Origin: Eledone cirrhosa
Lineage: Eukaryota
Assembly: GCA_964016885.1 (NCBI GenBank)
Contig: OZ024748.1
Coordinates: 32,302,001-32,366,000 of the forward strand
Reading direction: 5' to 3'
DNA length: 64,000 nt
A program made the translations under genes and the position numbers. A model generated the notes under the pieces. That model was not told the origin of the DNA, ran no database searches, and saw only the letters and a list, made by a program, of their open reading frames with translations. Below, piece after piece: positions 30,793 to 44,000 of this stretch; position 1 is the stretch's first letter; the number at the start of each line of letters is the position of its first letter.

Positions 30793-31000
30793 ATATATAA
30801 ACAACTATCTGGTTGTGGAACCAACCAACCAACCAGAAATTTATAAATTTGTAAATTTATAAATTTATAAATATATAATAAATTGAAGTGAAAGCAACTG
30901 GTGCGTGTGTTTCTTATTGGCAACATGACCCTCCCAAAGTATAACAATATATATATATATATATATATATAAGTAGTTACACAACAGTTAGTTCACCATA

Positions 31001-31040
31001 CCGAGAACAATTGTTTCACCTTAGCGGATCTTCAGCTCGG
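31001..31040 (-). ncRNA. stand-alone minimal hammerhead in an ~80-bp insert between (TA)n tracts
   Basis: CCGAG-CTGAAGA-TCCGCTAAGGT-GAAA-CAATTG-TT-CTCGG. Confidence 0.75.
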
Positions 31041-31070
31041 GATGGGCATGGTTATATATATGTATATATA

Positions 31071-32340
31071 TATAACAACTAGAAATTGATTAACATATAA
31101 ATAAACATATGAAACTATCACAGGGGATAATTTGTAAAAGTGTGTAAGCATACATAGCTAGGTAGGTAACTAAATAAAGTTTAACTAGAACTTCAAAAAT
31201 AGATACCTTATAAAATGATTAATCTTCCTTGTATATATTCCATTAAAGAAATATTTTTCACCAATTAATCGATTGGTAAACGACAGTAGCCAGATCTTGG
31301 ATTCTCAACAAGGAAGAAGTCCAACCATCTGTGTTTACGCATTAAGTTCAAATCAGCGACTGGCCAGTAACACGTGATGTATCTACTAAAAATACACACA
31401 TCATAACAGCTTCGTCCCAGTGGCGTGAATAAGGCTATCGACAACTAGAAACAGCAGTCAAGTCCTTTCAACAGAGTTGGCTCTACAATTAAGGTGCCGT
31501 ATTTATAAATATATACCCAAAATTAAGATAAATCAAAATAAATTTAATCTAAATCAAATTATGGGTGTCATGCCAGAAAGACATGCGTCATATAACCCGT
31601 AAAATAAGCTCCAAGATTCTAATGAATAGGTCCGAGCATTTTATAACAACTAGAAATTGATTAACATATAAAGAAACATATGAAACAATCACAGGGGATA
31701 ATTTGTAAAAGTGTGTAAGCACACATAGCTAGGTAGGTAACTAAATAAAGTTTAACTAGAACTTCAAAAATAGATACCTTATAAAATGATTAATCTTCCT
31801 TGTATATATTCCATTAAAGAAATATATTTCACCAATTAATCGATTGGTAAACGACAGTAGCCAGATCTTGGATTTTCAACAAGGAAGAAGTCCAACCATC
31901 TGTGTTTGCGCATTAAGTTCAAATCAGCGACTGGCCAGTAACACGTGGTGTATCTACTAAAAATACACACATCATACCAGCTTCGTCCCAGTAGCGTGAA
32001 TAGGGTTATCGACAACTAGAAACAGCAGTCAAGTCCTTTCAACAGAGTTAGCTCTACAATTAAGGAGCCGTATTTATATATATATATATATCCAAAATTA
32101 GTTATCTATATATATATATATATATATATCCAAATTTAGTTACCTACCTAGCTATGTGTGCTTACGCACTTTTACAAATTATCCCCTGTGATTGTTTCAT
32201 ATGTTTAGTTATATGTTAATCAATTTCTAGTTGTTATAAAATTCTCGGACCTATTCATTAGAATCTTGGAGCTTATTTTACGGGTGATATGGTGCATGTC
32301 TTTCTGGCATGACACCCATAATTTGATTTAGATTAAATAA
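31071..32340. repeat. 571-bp non-coding unit, ~1.8 tandem copies plus an inverted partial copy (32135-32340)
   Basis: TATAACAACTAGAAATTG at 31071 and 31642. The inverted piece spans the unit junction. Confidence 0.9.
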
Positions 32341-32437
32341 TTTTGTATATATATATATATATATATGTGTATATATGTATATAAATATACATATTTATAT
32401 ATATATGTGTATATATATATACATATATATATATGTA

Positions 32438-32470
<33 letters not shown>

Positions 32471-32476
<6 letters not shown>

Positions 32477-33532
32477 AATTAGTATATCTACCAACATATA
32501 TATACAGATGTATACCTATCCTAGCAAATATATAGATTTTGTCTTAGTAACTTTGTGGTTCAATGCAAGGGGATGCAGAACAATAATATGAAAGACGTAA
32601 AATAAGAAAATTATAAAAATTAACTTACTTACTAAAATTTCACTCCAACTAATTAGTTTCTGAAAGGGAATAAACATGGTTTCCGAATGGAACAACATGG
32701 AGAAAATCCTTTTGTCATCAGGGAAGTCTATTCTCAGCTAAGTTCCCAGGCAATGCGTGGACACAGGGAACTTATACAAAAATAATTCAGTGGATGGAAA
32801 AAAGCAAAGCGTGGACTAAGTTCCAAGACATTGAAAAAATCACTGCCTACTTGGTCGGTGGCAAATTCAAAAGAATCAATCACGTGACATCGAGGTTAAT
32901 CAGTGAGGAGTGGTGTGTTAATAAGACAGCAGCCGAACCATTACTATGAACTATAACAGCAGTTTTGGCAAATTTTTGCTCAACAAAATAATTTGGAGAT
33001 AATTATAAAGAATTAGTATATCTACCAACATATATATACAGATGCATACCTATGCTAGCAAATATATAGGTTTTGTCTTAGTAACTTTGTGGTTCAATGC
33101 AAGGGGATGCAGAACAATAATATGAAAGACGTAAAATAAGAAAATTATAAAAATTAACTTACTTACTAAAATTTCACTCCAACTAATTAGTTTCTGAAAG
33201 GGAATAAACATGTCTTATTAACACACCACTCCTCACTGATTAACCTCGATGTCACGTGATTGATTCTTTTGAATTTGCCACCGACCAAGTAGGCAGTGAT
33301 TTTTTCAATGTCTTGGAACTTAGTCCACGCTTTGCTTTTTTCCATCCACTGAATTATTTTTGTATAAGTTCCACGCATTGCCTGGGAACTTAGCTGAGAA
33401 TAGACTTCCCTGATGACGAAAGGATTTTCTCCATGCGGTTCCATTTGGAAACCATGTTTATTCCTTTCAGAAACTAATTAGTTGGAGTGAAATTTTAGTA
33501 AGTTAATTTTTATAATTTTCTTATTTTACGTC

Positions 33533-33538
<6 letters not shown>
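32471..33538. repeat. 534-bp non-coding unit, ~1.4 tandem copies plus an inverted partial copy (33212-33538)
   Basis: ATAAAGAATTAGTATATC at 32471 and 33005. Confidence 0.9.
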
Positions 33539-33625
<87 letters not shown>

Positions 33626-33629
<4 letters not shown>

Positions 33630-34543
33630 AAATGAGTCACTCATCAGTGATTTGCCAACGGTCATTGGTATTTCATTGCATTAAAAATCATATACCTCAC
33701 GTTGGTGCAATAATAACTAAAATAAGTTATTAGGACAATTAAAACGCGTAAAGCGAGTGAGACAAGTAAACAATACAGGGGAAAGCTAACCGAAGATAGG
33801 AAGAAACACAAGCTACATAGTTATTCTATCAGCATAAGCTGGGTGCATATACGAGCGAGTAAGAAATAGACCTTTCACGATGAATCCGATGTAAGAAAGA
33901 AGGAAATCGTTTTCGTAGCGAACGGGGGGAAGTGAGAAGGGGAGAAACAGTGAGTGAGTGGAAGTGCGAGGAAGAGGTCAGTAGAGAGAAAGTGTTAACT
34001 CACATGACAGAGGGGACGAAAGAAAGTAAGAGAACCAGAGAGAACGAGGGAGCAGTAAGAGAGAGAGAGAGAGAGAAAAACAGAATCGCAGTTTAGGTAA
34101 ATATATGTGAAAAATATGGGGAGAAGAATACTTCATGGTTGCACATGGATAACATGTTATAAAATGAGTCCCTCATCAGTGATTTGCCAACGGTCATTGG
34201 TATTTCATTGCATTAAAAATCATATACCTCACGTTGGTACAATAATAACTAAAATAAGTTATTAGGACAATTAAAACGCGTAAAGCGAGTGAGACAAGTA
34301 AACAACACAGGGGAAAGCTAACTGAAGATAGGAAGTAACACAAGCTACATAGTTATTCTATCAGCACTTCCACTCACTCACTGTTTCTCCCCTTCTCACT
34401 TCCCCCCGTTCGCTACGAAAACGATTTCCTTCTTTCTTACATCGGATTCATCGCGAAAGGTCTATTTCTTACTCGCTCATATATTCACCCAGCTTATGCT
34501 GATAGAATAACTATGTAGCTTGTGTTTCTTCCTATCTTCGGTT
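33626..34543. repeat. 532-bp non-coding unit, ~1.4 tandem copies plus an inverted partial copy (34366-34543)
   Basis: AATGAGTC.CTCATCAGTG at 33631 and 34163. Confidence 0.9.
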
Positions 34544-34595
34544 ATATATATACACACACATATATATATATGTGTGCTATATATATATGTATACT

Positions 34596-34713
<118 letters not shown>

Positions 34714-34726
34714 TATATATATATAT

Positions 34727-35250
34727 GGTGCTACTGGTAACATGTATCCCAGTACAACCTGTCCCATGGTCGGGTCATTGGCGACTAAAATGGCAACCCC
34801 ACCAAGGTTTCTTGGTGAGGAGGGTGACTATGGACATCCTGCAGGACTAAAAACAAAACCTGTCAAAGGGCAAAGGGGCTCTTAAGAATCAATGACCATC
34901 CAAAATCACCGGGGGAGATGACCCCTTAGCCTTTGTCAAGGCAGAATTCTAGGAAAACTCTGATATAACATCTGCAACCCTGATGGTATCCAATGATGTT
35001 GACTTGTTTTTCTTTTTGGTAAATATCATCTTGGTTAAGAGAGTGGGACTGGCTTTGTGCAGTGCCTTTGCTCACTATAAAAGCTTCACAGCACAGGCAT
35101 TGCTTTATATCTGGAGATCTCTCTGCGCTTGTTGTCACATGGACCCAGCACTATGTGTCAATAATTGTCACAAGTGTAGTGTTTGTACCAAAGGTTTCAA
35201 GTCGCTGGCTGGACTAAAAAGTCACACTCGTTCAGCGCATCGGTAGAACT
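34727..35250 (+). mobile_element. probable internally deleted RTE derivative (5' UTR-like leader fused to zinc-finger 3' end)
   Basis: 35140-35246 (NNCHKCSVCTKGFKSLAGLKSHTRSAH) matches 50185-50290. The leader recurs inverted at 35937-35977. Confidence 0.6.
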
Positions 35251-35264
35251 GTTTATATTGTATT

Positions 35265-35322
35265 TTGTCTGATGAAGGCATAGCATATTGTTAATATGAT
35301 ATCCCCGAAATATATATAATGA
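35265..35322 (+). ncRNA. hammerhead motif in a PLE-terminus remnant
   Basis: TTGT-CTGATGA-AGG..CATATT GTT AATATG..CC-GAAA-TATATA-TA-ATGA. Confidence 0.6.
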
Positions 35323-35454
35323 CATAAATATGGTTTTATAAATATAGTTTTCCATTTATTTAATATTGTAAATATACTCCAAATATTTGTCGAGTGCTTT
35401 TATATCAGTTATAAATATTTACTAGTTGTAACCCAACAATTCTAAATATAACTT

Positions 35455-35503
<49 letters not shown>

Positions 35504-35513
35504 GAAAAAATAT

Positions 35514-35590
<77 letters not shown>

Positions 35591-35621
35591 GAAAATATAT
35601 ATATATATATATATATATATA

Positions 35622-35845
35622 CAGTTGAAAATTGCAAACTCGACTGTCACCACATATCATGAACCTGAAGATTGCGAAAGCATGAAAATACTTGTTCAAT
35701 TAACACTTAGAATTTAATATTCTATCATACTATTTCATTATAATACCATTATATATATTTTAAAGGATTGTAAATAAAACGAGTAAATCAGACAAAGTTG
35801 GAATTCCTCTTATTAATAATCTTCTATACACAATCATACACACAC
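35622..35845 (+). mobile_element. PLE 3' terminus (17735 family) with hammerhead 35660-35698
   Basis: Near-identical to 18645-18838. HHR loop III GTAC is changed to ATAC. Carries the AATCTTCTATACACAATC tail. Confidence 0.85.
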
Positions 35846-35974
35846 ATATATATATATATATATACATATATAATGGAAAAATTTGAACAGGAACAAAACA
35901 GAGAAGCAGTACAACGAATGTTTATTAATTTCACGCTGGGACAGGTTGTACTGGGATACATGTTACCAGTAGCA

Positions 35975-36041
<67 letters not shown>

Positions 36042-36063
36042 AATATATATATATATACACACA

Positions 36064-36097
<34 letters not shown>

Positions 36098-36134
36098 CAT
36101 ATACATATATATATATATATATACATATATATAC

Positions 36135-36165
<31 letters not shown>

Positions 36166-36176
36166 CACATATATAC

Positions 36177-36206
<30 letters not shown>

Positions 36207-36207
<1 letters not shown>

Positions 36208-36860
36208 GTTTTGCGAGGTTTTTGATATGAAATCGTGTGTCGAAACAAATATTGTTATACTTGCTGAGGTTCATATTTGTGTAATATTGCCAGAATTAAT
36301 AACAGAACACACTCACTGTTTGGTTGGTTTTCGCTTTTCGCTTCTGTGTCTTTTATATCGGTAATCTAATTTATTCGGTCCTTAATGTTGCCATTGACTG
36401 ACCAACGGTAAAAAATAATTGTTTCTACTTTAGGCACAAGGCCAGCAATTACCCAGTACATTACTAGTACTTTATTTTATCGACCCCGTAAGGATGAAAG
36501 GCAAAGTTAACCTCGGCGGGATTTGAACTCAGATCGTAAAGGGACGTAACTATGCTAGAAAGCATGGCGTCCAACCCTCTACCGACACTGCCAATTCACC
36601 GCCAACGGTCAAAAATAATACAGATACAATATAGACACAAACACATGGGAGGAAACAATAGATATGTGTTTGTGTCTATATTGTATCTGTATTATTTTTG
36701 ACCGTTGGTCAGTCAATGGCAACATTGAGGACCGAATAAATTAGATTACCGATATAAAAGACACAGAAGCGAAAAGCGAAAACCAACCAAACAGTGAGTG
36801 TGTTCTGTTATTAATTCTGGCAATATTACACAAATATGACCCTCCCCAAGTATAACAATA
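36207..36860. repeat. fold-back PLE terminus (13715 family) with a family-A SINE (36418-36605, minus) in the left arm
   Basis: 36250-36645 mirrors 36662-36860. SINE A/B boxes are on the minus strand. Confidence 0.85.
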
Positions 36861-36899
36861 TATATATATATATATACATACATATTCATATACATATAG

Positions 36900-37073
<174 letters not shown>

Positions 37074-37074
37074 C

Positions 37075-38030
37075 AAAATAAAGATCCGAAGGCATGGTAT
37101 AAATTTCCAATCATTTTAATCACGAGACATGTTTCAATGAGAGATAGATCGATCGTGTGGCCATGATCGATTATCACTGATTTCGTCAGGTGAAAATGAG
37201 TTGTCTTCAAATCCTTGATATGAGGGAGGAAAAAATTAACGATGTTCACTCACTAGAATTTTGTCCCCCATATGATTAAGCAGCCAAAACACGCCGGCTG
37301 CCATCGTCTTCAGTCAGGGTCATAAATCTATCAAGTCTCTATCTCTCAATAGCTATAAAAAAGACGCTGGACGGGTCTTATCTCAACATCAAATCTGTAG
37401 AATTTAGGTCGGTCACAGTTAGTGTGAGTGAGTACACACACACACTCACATACACCGACGCGATGTCAAAGAAAACATATATATACCAACATAGTATTAC
37501 CCGTAACTTAGCTTACAAAATAACAAATGTTATATTGGTCGAATCTCAGTTTAACGATGTAAATTAGAAAAATTGGGTCAACTGCAATCCTATACACACG
37601 CAAGTAAATTCGGTTTAATATTCTGCTATGCGTGTATCGATTCAATTGTAACATCCGTATCGTCTAAATAGTGTATGTTTTGGTATAACCTAGAATACTA
37701 CACGAGGTTTTGATCTGTGACCCTCTAACCATGGAGTGCTCACAGTTGCTGAATGGGCAATACCACTTACACACCATTAATGGGCTTACACACATCCCTG
37801 TGGTTCTGCTATTCTTTTTTATTTTATTTTATTTTTATTTTCATTTTTGTGTCAACCACCTATCTTAAAAGCCCAAGGGTCCATATGACGGGAAAACGCA
37901 CATACTGACAGCTTAACTCAGATACCCAACCCTACTCAGAGCCCCTTGGTGGCCTACATGGCGGTTGCTTGCACGCACAGACTTGGAGACTCAGATTCTC
38001 AATGGGGCAACGGCACATACAGAGTTCGAT
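37075..38030. mobile_element. rearranged 3' UTR of the 41010-44870 PLE family, with hammerhead 37121-37192 (minus)
   Basis: 37075-37690 is collinear with 41010-41750, and 37690-38030 is the reverse complement of ~41820-42175. HHR: CAC-CTGACGA-long stem II-GAAA-CATGTC-TC-GTG. Confidence 0.8.
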
Positions 38031-38105
38031 ACGAGCTGACTACTTGCTCCTCACATGGATGTGTATATACCAAAGCATACACTATTTAGACGATACGAAT
38101 GTTAC

Positions 38106-38225
<120 letters not shown>

Positions 38226-38235
38226 CATATATATA

Positions 38236-39490
38236 TACATAGACGAGTGCTTCCCGCCGTTGAACAAATACCACAAAATTTTCAACCGCCACACGGTGAA
38301 GTTTTCCTTCTCCACAGCACCTAGCATGGCCGACTACATGGCTAAAACCAACGCGGTGAAGATGGGGAACATCGACCGTCAACCGCGGCGGCAGAATGAC
38401 CGTCTATCGGAGCGTGGAGGACCCTTCGAGGACCGGCCTTCAATTAACAATCCGGCCCCCGAGGCGGCCGACACGCCCGCAGAAGGTGATACAATCCAAC
38501 GCCAGGAGGGAACGAGTGGCGTGGGGGAGATCACCGTGCCGGCGGATCAACACCCTGAGAATCGTGAGAGGGCCATAACAGATCGAGGGCCAGGCGTCCG
38601 CAGCGAACAAAGTAACAACGGAACATGTAACTGCAGAGCGGGCACCCAATGCCCCCTACAGGGAAAATTCCTGACGAAGGGCCTGGTATACAAATGTGTG
38701 ATTAGAACCCACAATATAAAACGCACCTACATCGCCGCAACATCCACGACCTTTAAATCGCGGATGTATAACCATATGAACTCCTCCAAGGACCGAAGCA
38801 AGAGGCACTCCACTAGGTTAGTGGACCTGGTGTGGGACCTGAAAGACCAAGGTACGTCCATGACTGGAGTATCGTTCAGCACGCGAATGCATACTCTGCT
38901 GGAAGTAGAACATGTAGCCTATGCCTATACGACACCAGAGAAGGTGCACATTCGCCGCATGGAATCCTCCGGGAAGTCCAGGCTAAGGGCATGCGGTGGA
39001 GCACGCACCGACCAGAGCGACGAAACGGGTTCAAGGGACCAGACACCATACCCTGATGACATTATATGCCCCGTGGAGTAAACCAAAATAACCCAAAATG
39101 CACACCCGACTCTGCACGTCACCCTAGGCAGGAACATCGCCTGTGCCGGGACAGGTTGACCCGGATTCCACGGTCGTTCAGTCAAGTACCTTACACCTAT
39201 AGGACAACACACCTCATCCACAGTGACATACCCCAATATGACTGGACTACGAGCCCCCATGCATGTGTACCTCCTCAATCGTGAATACATACTCTTCACG
39301 TGTTCCACTTTGGAACACATTGTTTGTTCCGTACACAGACCTAAGTGTGCATCTCATACTCCCCATGTGTGGTATATCACACGAATACATGTACTTTCTC
39401 CTTTTCCCCTCTTTTTTTTATATATCTATATGTGACGTTATATGCATATTTTAATGTATTTTAATATTTTGCATATTTATTTTATTGTTT
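38236..39490 (+). mobile_element. Hydra-like PLE 3' fragment (linker + GIY-YIG)
   Basis: CFPPLNKYHKIFNRHTVKFSFST, CNCRAGTQCPL, LVYKC..TYIAATSTTFKSR, and CSLCLY in a shifted frame. Confidence 0.85.
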
Positions 39491-39539
39491 TTATATGTGT
39501 GTATATGCGTAGGCGTGTGCGTATGTGTGTGTGTGTATG

Positions 39540-39574
<35 letters not shown>

Positions 39575-39576
<2 letters not shown>

Positions 39577-40914
39577 CGTTTCTGAATTTGTTTAGCAAGA
39601 TTCTTTATCTGAAATCGTGTGTTGAAACCGATATTGTTATACTTTGGGAGGGTCATGTTGCCAATAAGAAACACACGCACCAGTTGCTTTCACTTCAATT
39701 TATTATAATAAATTTATAATAAATTTATAATAAATTTATAAATTTCTGGTTGGTTGGTTGGTTCCACAACCAGATAGTTGTTTATATATTGTCATAGTTC
39801 TTTCGTCACACACTCTGTGACCTCTTCAGTGACTGGGGATTCCTTTCTTTGTTTCTGTGCCTTTCCTTTGTTCTGTCCTACGCCATTTTGTTTCTGTGTG
39901 TGTGTGTTGTGTGCTCAGTCTGCGCACGCGCCACATCCGGGTGTCTGTGTGTGTTTATGTTCATTTATTTATTTGTTTATTTACATGTTACTGGTTGGTT
40001 GTTTGTTCTATGTGTGTGTGTGTTTTCATTTTGTCCTTAATTGTAAGTTGTGATGTTGCTGTTCCACTCATATTTTCTATTTAATTTTGGTTGTAATTCT
40101 TTTATGCTTACTGCCTCTGTAATTTGCCTAAACATTGCATCTTTTCTGTGTGTGGATTCTATTTTTATATCTATGTTCTCTAATTTACCCTTGTGTTCTA
40201 TCTTAGCATGTTGGTAGAGTACAGATGATTTTTTATTATCTTGAAGGTCTCGCCAGTGTTCATTTATCCGTTCCGGATAAATGAACACTGGCGAGACCTT
40301 CAAGATAGTAAAGAATCATCTGTACTCTACCAACATGCTAAAATAGAACACAAGGGTAAATTAGAGAACATAGAAATAAAAATAGAATCTACACACAGAA
40401 AAGGCGCAATGTTTAGACAAATCACAGAGGCAATAAACATAAAAGAATTACAACCAAAATTAAATAGAAAATATGAGTGGAACAGCAACATCACAACTTA
40501 CAATTAAGGACAAAATGAAAACACACACACACATAGAACAAACAACCAACCAACAACATGTAAATAAATAAACAAATAGATAAATGAACACAAACACACA
40601 CAGACACCCGGATGTGGCGCATGCGCAAACTGAGCACACAACACACACACAGAAACAAAATGGCGTAGGACAGAACAAAGGAAAGGCACAGAAACAAAGA
40701 AAGGAATCCCCAGTCACTGAAGAGGTCACAGAGTGTGTGACGAAAGGACTATGACTATATATAAACAAATATCTGGTTGTGGAACCAACCAACCAACCAG
40801 AAATTTATAGGTTTGTAGATTTGTAAATTTATAAATTTATAAATATATAATAAATTGAAGTGAAAGCAACTGGTGCATGTGTTTCTTATTGGCAACATGA
40901 CCCTCCCAAAGTAT

Positions 40915-40920
<6 letters not shown>
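39575..40920. mobile_element. fold-back of 3' ends of the 28352 PLE family (centre 40271-40273), hammerheads at 39790-39834 (-) and 40712-40756 (+)
   Basis: Mirror ORFs 40037-40303 and 40241-40507 (EHWRDLQD..LNRKYEW). Centre reads ATTTATCCG-TTC-CGGATAAAT. Confidence 0.92.
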
Positions 40921-41009
<89 letters not shown>

Positions 41010-41010
<1 letters not shown>

Positions 41011-44000
41011 AAATGAAAATCTGTAGGCAAGGTAAAATTCCAATCATTTTAATCACGACACATGTTTCAATAAGAGATAGATCGATCGTAAAGCCATGAT
41101 CAATTATCACTGATCTCATCAGGGGAAAATGAATTGTCTTCAAATTCTTGATATGAGGGAGAAAATTAGCAATGTTCACTCACAGAGTTTATTCCCTCAT
41201 ATGAAGATCCAGTAATCAGAAATACGGCGACTGCTATCAGTTTCAGTTATGGTCATAAAACTGTCAAATCTCCATAGCTGCAAAGGACGCTGGACATTAA
41301 TCAGATCTGTAGAATAACAGTCGGTCACAGTTAATGTGAGTGGGTAGACACACACTCAATACCCATACACACCGGCTCGAGGTCAAAGAAAAAAATATAT
41401 ATATATATACACATATCAACACAGCATCAAACCTGTAGAACTATAGAAGGTCACAATTAGTGTGAGTGGGTACACACACACTCTCACACACACCGAAGCG
41501 ATGTCATAGAAAAAACAACAAATATAAGAATAAGAATATACCAACACAGCATTCACCGAAAGTTCGTTTACAAAACAACAAATGCTACATTGGTCAAATA
41601 TCAATTTGACGATGTAAATTGGAAATATTGGAAATATTGGGTCCCCCCCCACACACACACACACAAGCAAGTAAGTTCAGTTCAGTTCAGTGTTCTGTTA
41701 TACATGTATAGAATGAATTGTAACATCTGTATTTTCAAGTGTATGTTATGGCATATACACATCCATATCGTCCGAAAAAGTGTATGTCAGATATATACAC
41801 ATCCATGTGAAGAGCAAGCAATCAGCTCATATCGAACTCAGTATGTACCGCTGTCCCATTGAGAGTCTGAGTCATCAAAACCGTGCGTGCAAGCAACCGC
41901 AATGTAGGCCAGCAAGGGGCTCCGTGTAGGGTTGGGTATTTGGGTTAATGTGTCAGTAAGTGCGATTTCCGGTCAAATGGGCCCTTGGGCTTTTAAGATA
42001 GGTGTTTGAGTGGTGGAGGTGTGTTATCCAACACAAAAGGTAAAGTAAATAACAAAGGATAGCAAAACCCAGAGGATGTGTGTAGGCCCATTAATGGTGT
42101 GTAAGTATTATTGTTCAATCCGTAACTGTGAGCACTCTATGGTTAGATGATCACGGATAAAAACCTAGTGTAGTGTTCAATCGGTAGGAACGTGACCAGT
42201 CGCAAATGTGGGAACTCAATGTCTAAAGAAAACGGGTACTGTGTGTAAAGAGAGCGTAATCGGTCCTAACTGAGTGAGCAATACGACTAGCTATATCCCA
42301 ACCGAGAGAACTCAATGGTTAGGGTATCTTGAAGTAAAGGTAGATGCACGTAATCGGTCTTGGCTGAGTGTGTAATCAATTACTAACTAGGTATACTGAG
42401 TGTGTAATCAATTCTAACTATTTACTAGCTAGGTATTCGAAAAGTGCGCTCAGCCGTGACAACTCTGTGGAAACAAGTCAGGTACCGTTTGTAAGTGTGA
42501 AAACAATCTTAGGCGTCTAACTACCTGAGTGCGTGACTGTCTGTTTATTGAGAGAATTCTATGGCTAAAGTAGAGAGGGAGGAATTAGTGGTAGGTTACT
42601 TTCCAAAAATCCTGCGGAAGGTTTTCGAGGTTCCATGTTGGCAATTGCTGAAAAAAATCAGCTCTACTATTAATTAATAGGGGGCCGCCTCTAATATTAA
42701 AGGTTTCAGCTACACATAAATTGCAAACGCCAGTGCTGCCGTTATAAGGTTGGGCTGAGCAAATTATGGACCAGGATAAGGAGTGCTCTATATTCTGATG
42801 TTTAAGCTTCCAGACTAATTCAGAAAGCGCCGTGCAATTTTATTTTATCAAATCTATTAAAGGTATTGCGGTGATTATACCATCTATCCTTAAATTCAGT
42901 GGCAGTTACCCCAACATACCTGAAGCTTCTATCAGGAGTGGAGACCTTACAGTCCTAGACTATGTTTTTGGTGAGGCATTTCCCAGCCATGTGGCAGGTG
43001 GCGGTGCTCCTGCAGTTACATTTTTTGTTATCGACCTGGGTTGTTCCAGATGAATCACGGTACCTTTGGGGTCGGGTCTCAATTCCTGTCTGCTCTATGG
43101 GTAAGTTCCCTGGGGTTGGGGAGACCCGACTCGCCTCACGTGTATGAGTCCGTTTTTCCATAGAGCTGCCATTATTACTGCCATGTCTAATTCCCCCTTG
43201 GGCTGTCCTAAATCTACTATAATTCACTTTAGCTATATTCTGAGCTATGTTACTAGTTGTGGAGTAGGACAGCTTGATGGTATTCCTATTGAATATTTTA
43301 TAGTATCTGTGTGATCTAGGAAAGCATTTGTCTAAGGCCCTAAAGAAAAGCTTAGCTATACTAGTGGTCAGGCCAGTGGAGTAAGGGGGGTTATACCACA
43401 AGATTTTTCTGGTCCGATGCCTCTTGTTCTTACTAACTATATTAGTGACACCTGTCTCCTTAGTAGCTACTGGTCTATTATAACTGGAAATTGCCTATGG
43501 GTCGATGGTGTCCTGGGGTGTCACGATTGTGTTCTGAATCGTCCCAAGTCCCGTATCCCCGTGCAGCCACTGGGATTACCCTCGATAGCCGGGATTAAAT
43601 CCACTATGCGTCTGCTACACCTATCCCTATTCCCTTTACTCGACCCTCGTTCCATATTACGTTCAACGGTTGTTTTACCATTAAGGTTACAATTAAAATT
43701 TCCGCTGGCGTTACGGTGCTCAGACTCCGTGTTAGTACCTGAGTGGTTGTTTCCATTGGTACCATCAACATTGGGACTAGGAGGCAATACAACATGAAGT
43801 CTATATAAATCCTCCCTTGTATCACGCCTGCTGTTAACTAAAGTGTCACTATCTTGGCCTAAGCTATCGCAGGCAGTGTTGCTACTACTATTTAATGGAC
43901 GTTTGAATGAGATTCCCTCGCTATGCCCCGCGCGTTCCAGGGCGCTATTATAGTAATTCGAGATCTTATTAAAGGTATCTTCATTGGAAGATAGTCCTGA

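Larger units (their letters stand above)
28289..30948 (+). mobile_element. right arm of fold-back PLE
   Basis: Mirror of 25560-28277 around the 11-nt spacer CAGAAGCACAA. Ends CCCTCCCAAAGTATAACAAT(AT)n. Confidence 0.95.
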
